From the IMG/VR virus record IMGVR_UViG_3300006217_000229: a DNA stretch of 36,607 bases; one strand, given 5' to 3'. The translations under genes and the position numbers were made by a program. The notes beneath the pieces are model-generated. The model searched no databases and was not told the origin of the DNA. It saw only the letters and a program-made list of their open reading frames with translations. This DNA is from a virus. Positions 8,970-18,843 of this stretch are shown piece after piece. How positions within the stretch are numbered: position 1 is the first letter of the stretch; every line of letters begins with the position of its first letter.

Positions 8970-8983
8970 AAAGGAGTTTACAA

Positions 8984-9085
8984 ATGAAAAAGAAACTTAA
9001 ATACAAATTAAGAAGAATGCTATTCGCATATATACCATTCGTCTTGTTTTGGGATGGAATGTTTATATATACATTAATTAATTAA
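8984..9085 (+). CDS. Small basic/membrane peptide
   Basis: RBS aaaggag plus ATG; MKKKLKYKLRRMLFAYIPFVLFWDGMFIYTLIN. Confidence 0.4.
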   Translation: MKKKLKYKLRRMLFAYIPFVLFWDGMFIYTLIN

Positions 9086-9102
9086 GAAAGGGAGTGATAA
9101 AA

Positions 9103-9348
9103 GTGCCAAAAGTTAATTTCTCAAAAATATTTAAAAAAGCAAAAGACATTTTAAATAAAGACAACACAATGATGCAATTTAAACTAGAAACAGTACAAGG
9201 CTTTTACAATATGAAAGACTGGAATAGTTGGTTAAAATTTAATGCTATGAATGGAAAACAGTTAAAACAAGCAGAAAAAGTCGATAGACAAATTAATTCT
9301 ATATTAGAAAAGCTATATGTTCCAGAGTACCAATCAGAAAACATATAG
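9103..9348 (+). CDS. Hypothetical early protein
   Basis: In-frame part of ORF 9094..9348, collinear with the operon. Confidence 0.5.
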   Translation: MPKVNFSKIFKKAKDILNKDNTMMQFKLETVQGFYNMKDWNSWLKFNAMNGKQLKQAEKVDRQINSILEKLYVPEYQSENI

Positions 9349-9430
9349 CTAATAAGATAATTTAAATATCTATATTTATCTTATTTTATCATTAATTATA
9401 TCAAAAATCAAATTTTAGGAGGAAAAAATT

Positions 9431-9838
9431 ATGTTAGAAGAAGTTTTAAAATCAATTAATATAAATCTTGAAAGAATAGCAAACAGTCTAGAAAGGAACA
9501 CAACAAAGATTACGGCGAAAGGAATAGAACTGCCAATACCAGGGCAAATGAGTATAGAAGATGTTAAACCAGTAGGTGTAGAAGAGCCTAAGACTAATAC
9601 AGTACAAGCACCAAAGGTTGTAGAAGCTGCAACACCTGTAGTGCCAGTAGTGGCCCAAGTAGAAAGCTTTACACAAGAACAATTAGCAGTTGCGATGTCA
9701 AACGCAGTTAGTGCCGGAAAGATGGACATTATAACAGGTATCTTACAGAAATTTAATGTGCAAGCACTTACTCAAATAGATCCAAAAGACTACAATTCAT
9801 TAGCAGTAATGTTAAAAGAAGCAGGGGTGAAGATATAG
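9431..9838 (+). CDS. Hypothetical protein
   Basis: RBS aggaggaaa; overlaps the next gene by 1 nt. Confidence 0.7.
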   Translation: MLEEVLKSININLERIANSLERNTTKITAKGIELPIPGQMSIEDVKPVGVEEPKTNTVQAPKVVEAATPVVPVVAQVESFTQEQLAVAMSNAVSAGKMDIITGILQKFNVQALTQIDPKDYNSLAVMLKEAGVKI

Positions 9839-11004
9839 TGGAAGATTTAAAACATGCAGTACTTTCTGCCAGTGGTAGTCACAAATGGCTAGTATGTACA
9901 CCTTCTGCTAGATTAGAAGAGAATTTTGAAAACAAAACAAGCAGCTATATGGCAGAAGGGACTCTTGCTCATCAAATAGCAGAATTTAAAGTAAGAAGTT
10001 ATTTTCTAGAACCAATACCTAAAGCTACATATACAAGAAGATTAAACAAGTTAAAAAAAGAAGAGTACTTTGATAAAGAAATGCTTACTCACACAGATAC
10101 ATATTTAGAATACATCAAAGGGATTGCGTTAGAAACCAATACAAAACCTTTTATAGCAGTTGAACAAAAAGTCGATTATAGTGATTATGCTCCAGAAGGA
10201 TTTGGAACAGCTGACTGCATACTTATATCTGGGAATGTTCTTAGAGTAATAGATTTTAAATACGGAAAAGGGGTAGAGGTATCAGCAGAGGAAAATCCAC
10301 AAATGAAACTATATGCATTAGGAGCACTAAAACAGTTTGGAATGTTTTACAACATTGAGTCCATAGAATTAAGTATTGTACAACCAAGAATAAATAATAT
10401 TTCAGAATTTACAATCTCTAAAGAAGAGCTACTAAATTGGGGCGAAACAATAGTAAAACCCCAAGCTCAAAAAGCATTTATGGGATTAGGAGAGTTTAAA
10501 CAAGGTGACCACTGTAAATTCTGTAGGGCAAAAGGAGCTTGCGAATTTAGAGCAAAAGAAAACATGAAGGTTGTAGAAGATGTAAAGCAAAAACAAATAA
10601 AAGGTCTCTTAAGCAACGAAGAAGTAGCAGAGGTTTTGAATAAGACTGAAGGACTAAATGATTGGATTAAGAGTGTATCAGAATATGCTTTAAATGAATT
10701 ATTGAAAGGGAATATCATTCCTGGTTATAAAGCAGTAGAAGGTAAAAGCAATAGAAAAATAGTTGATATAGATAAAGCATTTGAAATATTAGAAGCAAGT
10801 GGAATTGATGCAGCTTTATTATATGAAAGAAAACCGTTAACTTTAACACAATTAGAAAAAACAGTTGGTAAAAAACAAGTAGCAGAAACCATTGGAGATT
10901 ATATAGAAAAACCAAAAGGATCTCCAACATTAGCGAAAGAGTCAGATAAGAGACAATCTTATGAAGTAAAAACAAGTGCAGCACAGGATTTTGCAAATTT
11001 ATAA
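9838..11004 (+). CDS. DUF2800 / Cas4-like PD-(D/E)XK nuclease
   Basis: LSASGSHKWLVCTPSARLEENF..SSYMAEGTLAHQIAE...FGTADCILISGNVLRVIDFKYGKG...Cys cluster HCKFCRAKGACEFRA. Confidence 0.85.
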   Translation: MEDLKHAVLSASGSHKWLVCTPSARLEENFENKTSSYMAEGTLAHQIAEFKVRSYFLEPIPKATYTRRLNKLKKEEYFDKEMLTHTDTYLEYIKGIALETNTKPFIAVEQKVDYSDYAPEGFGTADCILISGNVLRVIDFKYGKGVEVSAEENPQMKLYALGALKQFGMFYNIESIELSIVQPRINNISEFTISKEELLNWGETIVKPQAQKAFMGLGEFKQGDHCKFCRAKGACEFRAKENMKVVEDVKQKQIKGLLSNEEVAEVLNKTEGLNDWIKSVSEYALNELLKGNIIPGYKAVEGKSNRKIVDIDKAFEILEASGIDAALLYERKPLTLTQLEKTVGKKQVAETIGDYIEKPKGSPTLAKESDKRQSYEVKTSAAQDFANL

Positions 11005-11290
11005 AAATAGGAGGAAAAAAGTAATGGAAAATAATGAATTAACAGATAGAGAAAAAATAAAAGGTTTAAGAATGATTACAGAAATGTTAGCCGAAGCATG
11101 TCCCGGTGAAGGATTTCCAAAATTAATGCTAACAAATATGGACGTTTCAGAACTGACACATAGAATTGAGAGTGCATCAGCAAAAAATAATAAATTAGCT
11201 GAGAAAGCGATCAATATTATGGGACAAATTAAGAATATATTACAAGATTTCATAGTTGAAAATAACATTGAGGGGGGGGGGAATAATTAA
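10976..11290 (+). CDS. Hypothetical early protein with poly-G C-terminal codons
   Basis: ORF with in-frame ATG near 11024; ends in GAG GGG GGG GGG AAT AAT TAA. Confidence 0.6.
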   Translation: MQHRILQIYKNRRKKVMENNELTDREKIKGLRMITEMLAEACPGEGFPKLMLTNMDVSELTHRIESASAKNNKLAEKAINIMGQIKNILQDFIVENNIEGGGNN

Positions 11291-11469
11291 TGAGTACAAG
11301 ATCTACATTATTTCAAACACCTACTGTTGAAGTAGACCAATATAGATATGAAGAATTAATCAAAAATGAACAGAAATATGAACAATATAAAGCATGTGCA
11401 GATACACAAATAAAAGCTATCATAGAATCTGAAGAAATAGATGATGAAAATGAAAGAGAGGAAAAGTAA
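11290..11469 (+). CDS. Small acidic hypothetical protein
   Basis: MSTRSTLFQTPTVEVDQYRYEELIKNEQKYEQYKACADTQ... 59 aa, tightly packed. Confidence 0.55.
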   Translation: MSTRSTLFQTPTVEVDQYRYEELIKNEQKYEQYKACADTQIKAIIESEEIDDENEREEK

Positions 11470-11470
11470 T

Positions 11471-11743
11471 ATGAGAGAAACAGTTATATTAAAAATATCA
11501 AGTAAATCAGAACCTGCAAAAGTTGCGGGATCAATAGCAGCAATGCTAAAAGAAAATAAGAATGTGGAATTACAAGCAATAGGCGCAGGAGCAATTAATC
11601 AATCCGTAAAAGCTATTGCGACAGTAAGAGGGTATGTGGCACCAATAGGAATAAACCTAAGTTGTATACCAGCATTTACTGATGTAGAAGTAGAGGATGA
11701 AGAGAGAACAGGAATCAAATTTATTTTAAAGGAGGACAAATAA
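11471..11743 (+). CDS. SpoVS-family (stage V sporulation protein S-like, Alba-like fold) protein
   Basis: ILKISSKSEPAKVAGSIAAMLKENKNVELQAIGAGAINQSVKAIATVRGYVAPIGINLSCIPAFTDVEVEDEERTGIKF matches the SpoVS signature (VAG, IGAGAxNQxVKAxAxxRG, PAFTD, EERTxIK). Confidence 0.85.
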   Translation: MRETVILKISSKSEPAKVAGSIAAMLKENKNVELQAIGAGAINQSVKAIATVRGYVAPIGINLSCIPAFTDVEVEDEERTGIKFILKEDK

Positions 11744-12406
11744 ATGAGTTTAGTAGTAGGAGAAGTAAGATTTAGTTATGTTAGTGCTTTTGAGCCTAGA
11801 TTAACACCAAATGGGGATGAGAGATTTTCAGTTACTCTATTAGTACCAAAATCAAATACAGAAGCATATCAAAATATAATGAATGAAATACAAAAGTGTT
11901 TACAAGAAAATATAGCAACAACTTTTAAGGGAGTTGCTCCAGCAAATCCAAGATTACCAATTTATGATGGGGACGGAGTTCGTGAAAGTGGAGAGCCATT
12001 TGGGGAAGAGTGCAAAGGGCATTGGGTAATTTCAGCAAAATCAAATACAGGACCAGAAGTTGTAGATGCTAATCTTAATCCAATTATAAGCAAAGCAGAG
12101 TTCTATAGCGGATGTTATGGTAGAGCAAGTATAAGATTTTATGCATATAATCAAAATGGAAATAAAGGTATAGGATGCGGTTTAGGAAACTTACAAAAAT
12201 TAAGAGACGGACAACCTTTAGATGGAAGAACATCTGCAAAAGAAGATTTTGGAGCTTTCACACAACCAGCACCACAAATGCCACAGTATCAACAGCCTAT
12301 GCAACCAGCAACCCCAAATTATCAAATTGACCCAATAACAGGACAACCTATTGTTCCTCAAACGAACATGGTAAATCCTTTAAATAATATTTACGGGGTG
12401 AATTAG
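11744..12406 (+). CDS. DUF2815 family (ssDNA-binding/recombination associated)
   Basis: VRFSYVSAFEPRLTPNGDERFSVTLLVPKS...FYSGCYGRASIRFYAYN..GNKGIGCGLGNLQKLRDGQPLDG. Confidence 0.8.
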   Translation: MSLVVGEVRFSYVSAFEPRLTPNGDERFSVTLLVPKSNTEAYQNIMNEIQKCLQENIATTFKGVAPANPRLPIYDGDGVRESGEPFGEECKGHWVISAKSNTGPEVVDANLNPIISKAEFYSGCYGRASIRFYAYNQNGNKGIGCGLGNLQKLRDGQPLDGRTSAKEDFGAFTQPAPQMPQYQQPMQPATPNYQIDPITGQPIVPQTNMVNPLNNIYGVN

Positions 12407-14368
12407 ATGAGAGAACTATCAATAGATATAGAGACTTACTCTTCTGTTGATATTCGGAAAATCAGGATTGTATAAGTATGTACAATCAAAAGACTTTGAA
12501 ATTCTTTTATTTGCCTATGCATTTGATAATGAGCAGGTAAAAATAATAGATTTAGCACAAGGAGAGCAGTTACCAGATGAATTAGTAACTGCTCTTTCTG
12601 ATAAGAGTGTTATAAAGACGGCATATAATGCAGCATTTGAATGGTATTGTTTGAATAAGTTTTGGAAAAGTCCAATAAATCAATGGCGATGCACAATGGT
12701 AAAAGGTCTCTATTCACGGTTACCCAGCAGGTTTGAAAGCAATAGGAAATGCAATGGGCTTATCTGAAGATAAGAAAAAGTTAGCAACAGGTACAGCTTT
12801 AATTAGATACTTTTGTGTTCCGTGTAAACCTACAAAAAGAAATGGAGGTAGAATTAGAAATTTACCTAAACATGAACCTGAAAAATGGAACCTATTTAAA
12901 CAGTATTGCTTACAAGATGTTGTAACAGAAAGAACTATAAAAAAAGAGTTAGAAAGTGTTAATTTTCCGAAATCTGAACAAGAACTATGGCAAATAGATA
13001 TGGCAATGAATGCCTATGGGGTAAAGATAGATAGACAACTTGTAGACGGGGCATTAAGTATAGCAGGTGTAAGAACTGAAGAATTATTATTAGAAGCTCA
13101 AGAACTATCTGGGTTAGATAATCCAAACAGTGTAGCACAATTAAAAGAATGGCTAGAAGGAGAAACAGGAAATGAAATCACAAGCCTTAACAAGAAAGAT
13201 GTACCTAAACTTATTGAGAATACTAATTCTGAAAAAGTAAAACGAATGCTTGAAATAAGACAAGAGCTTTCTAAGACCAGTACGAAAAAATATGATGCGA
13301 TGAATATAGCTATGGGAGAAGATGATAGAGTAAGAGGATTATTACAATTTTATGGAGCCAATAGAACAGGTAGATGGGCTGGTCGATTGGTACAGGTACA
13401 AAATTTACCACAAAATCATTTAGATACACTCTCATTCGCACGAGAATTAGTTAAGAACAAAAATTTAGATGCAATTAGGGTTGTTTATCGGCAACATACC
13501 GAGTACTCTGTCACAATTAATTAGAACAGCTTTTATTGCTACAGAAAATCATACTTTTGCTGTTGCAGATTATAGTGCAATAGAAGCAAGAGTAATCAGC
13601 TGGCTAGCCGAAGAACAATGGAGATTAGATGTGTTTAGAACACATGGCAGAATATATGAAGCCTCAGCATCTCAAATGTTTGGAGTACCAATTGAAAAGA
13701 TAAAAAAAGGTAACCCAGAGTATGAGTTAAGACAAAAAGGAAAAGTAGCAGAATTAGCTCTAGGGTACCAAGGAGGACCAGGAGCATTAATCCAAATGGG
13801 GGCATTAGACAAGGGGCTAAGTGAAGAGGAATTACCAGAGATAGTCCAAAGATGGAGAAGTTCAAATAGAAGAATAGTAGATTTATGGCATACTGTACAA
13901 AATTGTACAATTAACTGTTTAAAGACTGGACAAACTCAGGCTATGCAAAAAGGCATATACTTTTCTATTGAAAATGGAAATTTAGCAATTACATTACCAA
14001 GCAAACGACAATTATTCTATATAAAACCGCAGCTTGAAATAAATCAATATGGAAGAGAATCATTAATATACATGGGGCAAAATCAGACAACAAAAAAATG
14101 GGAAAAGATACCTACATATGGAGGAAAATTAACAGAAAATATTGTACAAGCTATTGCTAGAGATTGTCTAGCAGAGGGACTTAAAAATTTAGTAAGTGCA
14201 GGGTATAGACCTTTATTTCATATACATGATGAGATTATTGCAGAAGTACCAAAAGAATGTGCAAGATTAGATAAGATGATAGAACTTATGTGTAAAGTAC
14301 CAGAATGGGCTGAGGGACTACCATTGAATGCAGATGGATTCACATCAGATTATTATAAAAAAGAATAA
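12407..14368 (+). CDS. Family A DNA polymerase (3'-5' exonuclease plus polymerase), +1 shifts at CGG 12455, 12717, 13489
   Basis: Corrected: MRELSIDIETYSSVDI-GKSGLYKYVQSKDFEILLFAYAFD...LYS-GYPAGLKAIGNAMGLSEDKKKLATGTALIRYFC...RAIRVVY-GNIPSTLSQLIRTAFIATENHTFAVADYSAIEARVISWLAEEQWRLDVFRTHG...LFHIHDEI. Confidence 0.92.
12455..12458 (+). other. In-frame CGG +1 site (ATT CGGA)
   Basis: IETYSSVDI-GKSGLYKYVQ after +1. Confidence 0.93.
12717..12720 (+). other. In-frame CGG +1 site (TCA CGGT)
   Basis: KGLYS-GYPAGLKAIGNAMGL after +1. Confidence 0.93.
13489..13492 (+). other. In-frame CGG +1 site (TAT CGGC)
   Basis: RVVY-GNIPSTLSQLIRTAFIA after +1. Confidence 0.95.
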
Positions 14369-14376
14369 ATAAGAAG

Positions 14377-14622
14377 GTGAAAAAAATGATTAAAGAGTAC
14401 GCAATCTATAAAGGTGAAAATCAAATATTTGTAGGAACTATAGAAGAGTGCATGAAACACTTTAATGTGAAAAGAGAAACAGTCCATTTTTGGGCCTGCC
14501 CTGCAAATAAAAAAAGAGCTGATACTGGAGCAAGACCGGGGACAAAACCACGTAAAAAAGAATGCTCAGGAGTTAAAGTAGCTGTAAGACTATGGGAGGA
14601 GGATGACGATTTAGATGCTTAA
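14377..14622 (+). CDS. Small phage protein, HTH-like
   Basis: IFVGTIEECMKHFNVKRETVHFWACPANKKRADTGARPG. Confidence 0.55.
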   Translation: MKKMIKEYAIYKGENQIFVGTIEECMKHFNVKRETVHFWACPANKKRADTGARPGTKPRKKECSGVKVAVRLWEEDDDLDA

Positions 14623-14791
14623 AGGAATAACTATAGAGAAAGCTAAACAAAATTTACAAGAAATAATTGAATTAAGTAAAAATGAAATAGAAATACAAGA
14701 TGAAAATGTAACAGCAGTATTAGATTTAAAAGATTTAACAAGTTTATCAGTAGTATTAGCAGAATTAGAAAGATTAAAAGAAGGAGAATAG
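14615..14791 (+). CDS. Small hypothetical protein
   Basis: MLKGITIEKAKQNLQEIIELSKNEIEIQDENVTAVLDLKDLTSLSVVLAELERLKEGE. Confidence 0.45.
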   Translation: MLKGITIEKAKQNLQEIIELSKNEIEIQDENVTAVLDLKDLTSLSVVLAELERLKEGE

Positions 14792-14793
14792 AT

Positions 14794-14934
14794 ATGAAAA
14801 TTATAAAATTAATAATATGTATAATAAATTTAATAGCATGTTTCACATTTTTTAAGTTTGAAAGTATAGATAAGAAAATATCTAGTATTGCATTAATAAT
14901 TGAAACGATAGGAGTATTTATATTATTTTTAATA
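14794..14934 (+). CDS. Small membrane peptide
   Basis: MKIIKLIICIINLIACFTFFKFES... hydrophobic. Confidence 0.35.
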
Positions 14935-14951
14935 TAAAGAGGAGAGTAGAT

Positions 14952-15233
14952 ATGGAATTAATAAAAAATATATTATTTTATACAGCAACAATTAGTGGAA
15001 GTATTTGCATAATATTATTGTTTTTATGTGCAGTATATAAATGTTTTTGTATATTTTTAGACCATTGTAAAAATGCAAATGTATTAAGAAAATGTATACA
15101 AATATACATTAAAAGAAATAGACCAGATATTAAAATAGAATTAGAAAATATTGATATAGCAAAAAACGGAATACATAGAAATAAAGGAGGCTTAAACCAT
15201 GAGTGTCAAAGGAAAGTTAAAAAAATGCAATAA
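14952..15233 (+). CDS. Hypothetical protein with N-terminal TM
   Basis: Hydrophobic N-terminus, RBS ggagag. Confidence 0.45.
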   Translation: MELIKNILFYTATISGSICIILLFLCAVYKCFCIFLDHCKNANVLRKCIQIYIKRNRPDIKIELENIDIAKNGIHRNKGGLNHECQRKVKKMQ

Positions 15234-15489
15234 AAGAATAGAAGATCTTGAAAAAGAAATAAGTAAGTTAAGAGAAAATGTACATATCAAAACTGCAGAA
15301 AATTCAAGCAGAGAGCAGCTATATGAAAATATAATAAAGTTTGCAATAACTAATCATTTAGGTGGACTTAAAGGAGGTATAGCAGTAGATGAGGTCTCAA
15401 TATATAAAATGAAGGATTTATATTTAGATATAGATCATAGTCATGTAATACCTGCTTATGTGATGAGAGTTGTACCTAAATATTATTAA
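15199..15489 (+). CDS. Hypothetical protein
   Basis: MSVKGKLKKCNKRIEDLEKEISKLRENVHIKTAEN... with RBS aaaggagg. Confidence 0.5.
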   Translation: MSVKGKLKKCNKRIEDLEKEISKLRENVHIKTAENSSREQLYENIIKFAITNHLGGLKGGIAVDEVSIYKMKDLYLDIDHSHVIPAYVMRVVPKYY

Positions 15490-15505
15490 AGGAGGAAGAG
15501 TAAAT

Positions 15506-17962
15506 GTGCAAAACAATAAGAAGTTAACAATATCAGTGGCCAATAATAGGAAGTCAACGAATTGGATTTCACAAGAAATATTATGGTCAGATTTTATAAA
15601 TAGATTAAATAACCCCACTGTAACAAATGAAACCTTCGAGCAATTTATGAAAATGAAAAAGTCACAACAAGATCAGCTAAAAGATGTCGGAGGATTTGTA
15701 GGTGGAGCTCTAAAAGATAATAGACGTAAAGCATCAAATGTATTAAACAGATGTCTAATTACATTAGATGCAGACAGTATTGAAGCTGGACAAACTCAAA
15801 AGATACTGAATTTAGTTAGTGGTCTAGGTTGTAGCTATGCGCTATATTCTACTAGAAAACATAGCTCATTTAAACCAAGACTTAGAATAATAATTCCATT
15901 AGATAGAATAGTTACTGCAGAAGAATATGAGCCAATAGCAAGAAAGATTGCAAGTTTTATCGATATGGGAATAATGGATCCAAGTACATTTGAAGCTTCA
16001 AGGCTTATGTACTGGCCAAGTTGTTCAAAAGATAGTGAGTTTGTATTCAAATATGAAGATAAACCTTTTGCATCTGCAGATGGACTACTAAGTATGTATA
16101 AGAACTGGAAAGACATAGAGGAATGGCCAAAGATTGCAAACGAACCTGAGCTCGTGAGAAGAGAGCTAGCAAAACAAAAAGATCCATTATTAAAAGAAAA
16201 CATAGTTGGGGCCTTTTGTAAAACATATGACATCCCTAGTGTAATTGATAAGTATTTATCTCATATATATGAGCACGGAGATAAAGCAGATAAATATACA
16301 TACGTAGAAGGCTCAGTAGCAAATGGGGCAACCGTGTATGGAGAAGGTAAATGGTTATATAGTTTCCATGCAACAGACCCAGCAAGTAAAATATTATGCA
16401 ATAGCTTTGATCTCGTTAGAATCCATATATATGGTGATTTGGATGATGAGGCAAAAGAAGGGACACCAAGTTCACAGCTACCAAGTTATAAGGCTATGTG
16501 TCAATTTGCATTAGAAGATGCAGAAGTTGAGAAAATGTTTAAACAAGAGAGATTCGGAAAAGCAATACAGGAATTTACAGTAGAAGGCCCAGAAAATAAT
16601 ACTAAAATTTTAGAACAAGAAGAAATGGACTGGACATCAAAGCTCAAAATGACTCAGGACGGAAATTTAGCTAAGAGTGCAAGTAATGCCTTGGTTATAT
16701 TGGAAAATGACCCTAATTTAAAAAATAAGCTTATATTTGACCGCTTTACAGGTAGGTTTTTAATAAAAGATAAACTACCATGGGATTATAGAAAATTTGG
16801 AGAGAGATTGTGGTCAGATGAAGATGAGGCGTGCTTAAGAAATTATTTAGATAGCACTTACAATTTTAAAGCACCTGCGCTTATAAGAGATGCTTTGTGT
16901 GAGTTAAAAAGAAAAAACTCTACAAATGTAGTACAAGACTATTTTAATACTCTTAAGTGGGATGGAAAGCCAAGATTAGATACTTTATTAATAGATTACC
17001 TAGGTGCTGAGAATAGTAACTATACAAAAGCTATAACAAGAAAAGCATTTGTCGCTGCAGTAACAAGAGCGATGACAGAACAAGCAATTAAATTTGACAA
17101 CATGATAATACTAACTGGGCCACAAGGAATAGGCAAAAGTACATTGCTTGCTAAATTAGGAAAGAACTGGTTTACAGACAATATTATAGATTTTAATAAT
17201 AAAGATACATTATTAATAATGCAACAGTGCTTAATCATAGAAGTACCAGAGCTACAAGGATTTAATAAGGCAGATAGTAATAGATTAAAGCAGTTCATGA
17301 GCTTGAAAGTAGATACGTTCAGGGCACCGTACGACAGAGAGGCAAAAGAATACCCTAGACACTGTATATTTTTTGGTACTACAAATGATAGTGAATTTTT
17401 AAAAGATAGAACAGGAAATAGAAGGTATTGGCCAGTAGAATGTATGTACCAAAAACCAATAAAGAATGTGTTTAAAGACCTCGAGGGAGAAGTAGATCAG
17501 ATTTGGGCAGAAGCAATTGCAAGGTTTAGAGTTGGAGAAAAATTATACTTAGAAGGTGAAGTAGAAACACAGGCCGTGTCACATCAAGAAATGCACAGAG
17601 AAAGGCATCCTTGGGAAGGCCCAATTAGGGAGTTTGTCTGTCAGAAAGTTACAAGGGATTGGTTACAAGTTAAGATTTTAACGAGAAAAACTTTTAGTGC
17701 TTCAAATGAAAACGATTTAATTGATAGAGATAGAATATGTGCAGCAGAGGTGTGGTGTGAGTGTTTAGGAAATGATTTAAAAAACATGAAAATATCAGAC
17801 TCAAAAGTAATAAATGATATTTTAGAACATTTAAAATTTGAAGATAGGATGTTAACAAAATCTAATTTAAGATTTGGAAATGAGTATGGAACTCAAAGGG
17901 GGTTTAAGATTCTTTACAAGTCGAATCAGCTGCATGCAGACAAGTTTCTTAAACAAGGTTGA
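15506..17962 (+). CDS. Virulence-associated E (VapE)/primase-helicase-like protein
   Basis: Walker A ILTGPQGIGKSTLLAKLGKNWFTDNIIDFNNKDTLLIMQQCLIIEVPELQG..., ..FFGTTNDSEFLKDRTGNRRYWPVE; GTG start after ggaggaagagtaaat. Confidence 0.88.
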   Translation: MQNNKKLTISVANNRKSTNWISQEILWSDFINRLNNPTVTNETFEQFMKMKKSQQDQLKDVGGFVGGALKDNRRKASNVLNRCLITLDADSIEAGQTQKILNLVSGLGCSYALYSTRKHSSFKPRLRIIIPLDRIVTAEEYEPIARKIASFIDMGIMDPSTFEASRLMYWPSCSKDSEFVFKYEDKPFASADGLLSMYKNWKDIEEWPKIANEPELVRRELAKQKDPLLKENIVGAFCKTYDIPSVIDKYLSHIYEHGDKADKYTYVEGSVANGATVYGEGKWLYSFHATDPASKILCNSFDLVRIHIYGDLDDEAKEGTPSSQLPSYKAMCQFALEDAEVEKMFKQERFGKAIQEFTVEGPENNTKILEQEEMDWTSKLKMTQDGNLAKSASNALVILENDPNLKNKLIFDRFTGRFLIKDKLPWDYRKFGERLWSDEDEACLRNYLDSTYNFKAPALIRDALCELKRKNSTNVVQDYFNTLKWDGKPRLDTLLIDYLGAENSNYTKAITRKAFVAAVTRAMTEQAIKFDNMIILTGPQGIGKSTLLAKLGKNWFTDNIIDFNNKDTLLIMQQCLIIEVPELQGFNKADSNRLKQFMSLKVDTFRAPYDREAKEYPRHCIFFGTTNDSEFLKDRTGNRRYWPVECMYQKPIKNVFKDLEGEVDQIWAEAIARFRVGEKLYLEGEVETQAVSHQEMHRERHPWEGPIREFVCQKVTRDWLQVKILTRKTFSASNENDLIDRDRICAAEVWCECLGNDLKNMKISDSKVINDILEHLKFEDRMLTKSNLRFGNEYGTQRGFKILYKSNQLHADKFLKQG

Positions 17963-18228
17963 CAAATAATAAGTAAACGTTAACACATTTGTTGACACAA
18001 AATACGTTGAAATATAAACGAATATTAAGTGTTGTTAACAATGTTAATAAAATATTACTTTAAATATTAAAAATAAGAAATTATAAAAACAGGCGTGCGT
18101 AACGCACCTACATATATGCACACGTAAGGGAAAAAATGTTAATTTTGTCAACAAACAATTAAAAGCGTTGATATATCAAGGAAAAGTGCGTTAACAGTCT
18201 TTGTTAACATTAGAAGGGAGATAAAAAA
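17963..18228. other. Candidate replication origin / regulatory intergenic region with GTTAAC repeats
   Basis: 266-bp noncoding gap in a packed operon; GTTAAC at 17979-17984, 18034-18039, 18190-18195, 18203-18208, related TTGTTGACA/TTGTCAACA elements and a GTGCG-TAA-CGCAC palindrome at 18095-18107. Confidence 0.45.
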
Positions 18229-18537
18229 ATGATAATAGTAGATCAAGATAAAAAGGAGATTACAAATTTTGATAATATGATGGCTATAGATGTTTTAGAT
18301 TGTAAAGAAGATGGATTTTTAATTTCTGCAGCATTCTTAATAGGAATAGATGGTATTTATAGAGAACTAGGATATTACAAAACAGAAGAAAGAGCAAAGG
18401 AAGTATTACACGAAATAGTAAAAGAGTATTCCAGTTATTTAGAATTAAGAGGTGGACCTGCAGTTTTAAAGGGAACATCTGATGTGCAACCTAATATATT
18501 TAGCATACCAAAAGTATATGAAATGCCTAAAGAGTAG
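18229..18537 (+). CDS. Hypothetical protein
   Basis: RBS agaagggag, ATG; collinear. Confidence 0.6.
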   Translation: MIIVDQDKKEITNFDNMMAIDVLDCKEDGFLISAAFLIGIDGIYRELGYYKTEERAKEVLHEIVKEYSSYLELRGGPAVLKGTSDVQPNIFSIPKVYEMPKE

Positions 18538-18551
18538 GAGGAACAAAAAGA

Positions 18552-18842
18552 ATGTTAGAAAAGGAATTAGAAAAAAAGTTAGTAGATAAAGTAAAACAAA
18601 AAGGTGGACGAGCATATAAATTTATTTCTCCAGGAAATTCTGGAGTACCAGATAGATTAGTTGTACTTCCAAAAGGAAAAGTAGGGTTTGCAGAAATGAA
18701 AAAAAGTCCTTCAGAAAGACCAACAGCATTACAGAAAGCACAGATTAGATTTTTAAATAGTTTAGGGTGCTTTGCCCAGGTAGTCAATTCTGAAGAAGCA
18801 ATAGAGTCCTTCCTAGAAACCTTAGAGAAATGGGGTAACTAA
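18552..18842 (+). CDS. VRR-NUC domain nuclease
   Basis: LVDKVKQKGGRAYKFISPGNSGVPDRLVVLPKGKVGFAEMKKSPSERPTALQKAQIRFLNSLG. Confidence 0.88.
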   Translation: MLEKELEKKLVDKVKQKGGRAYKFISPGNSGVPDRLVVLPKGKVGFAEMKKSPSERPTALQKAQIRFLNSLGCFAQVVNSEEAIESFLETLEKWGN

Positions 18843-18843
18843 T

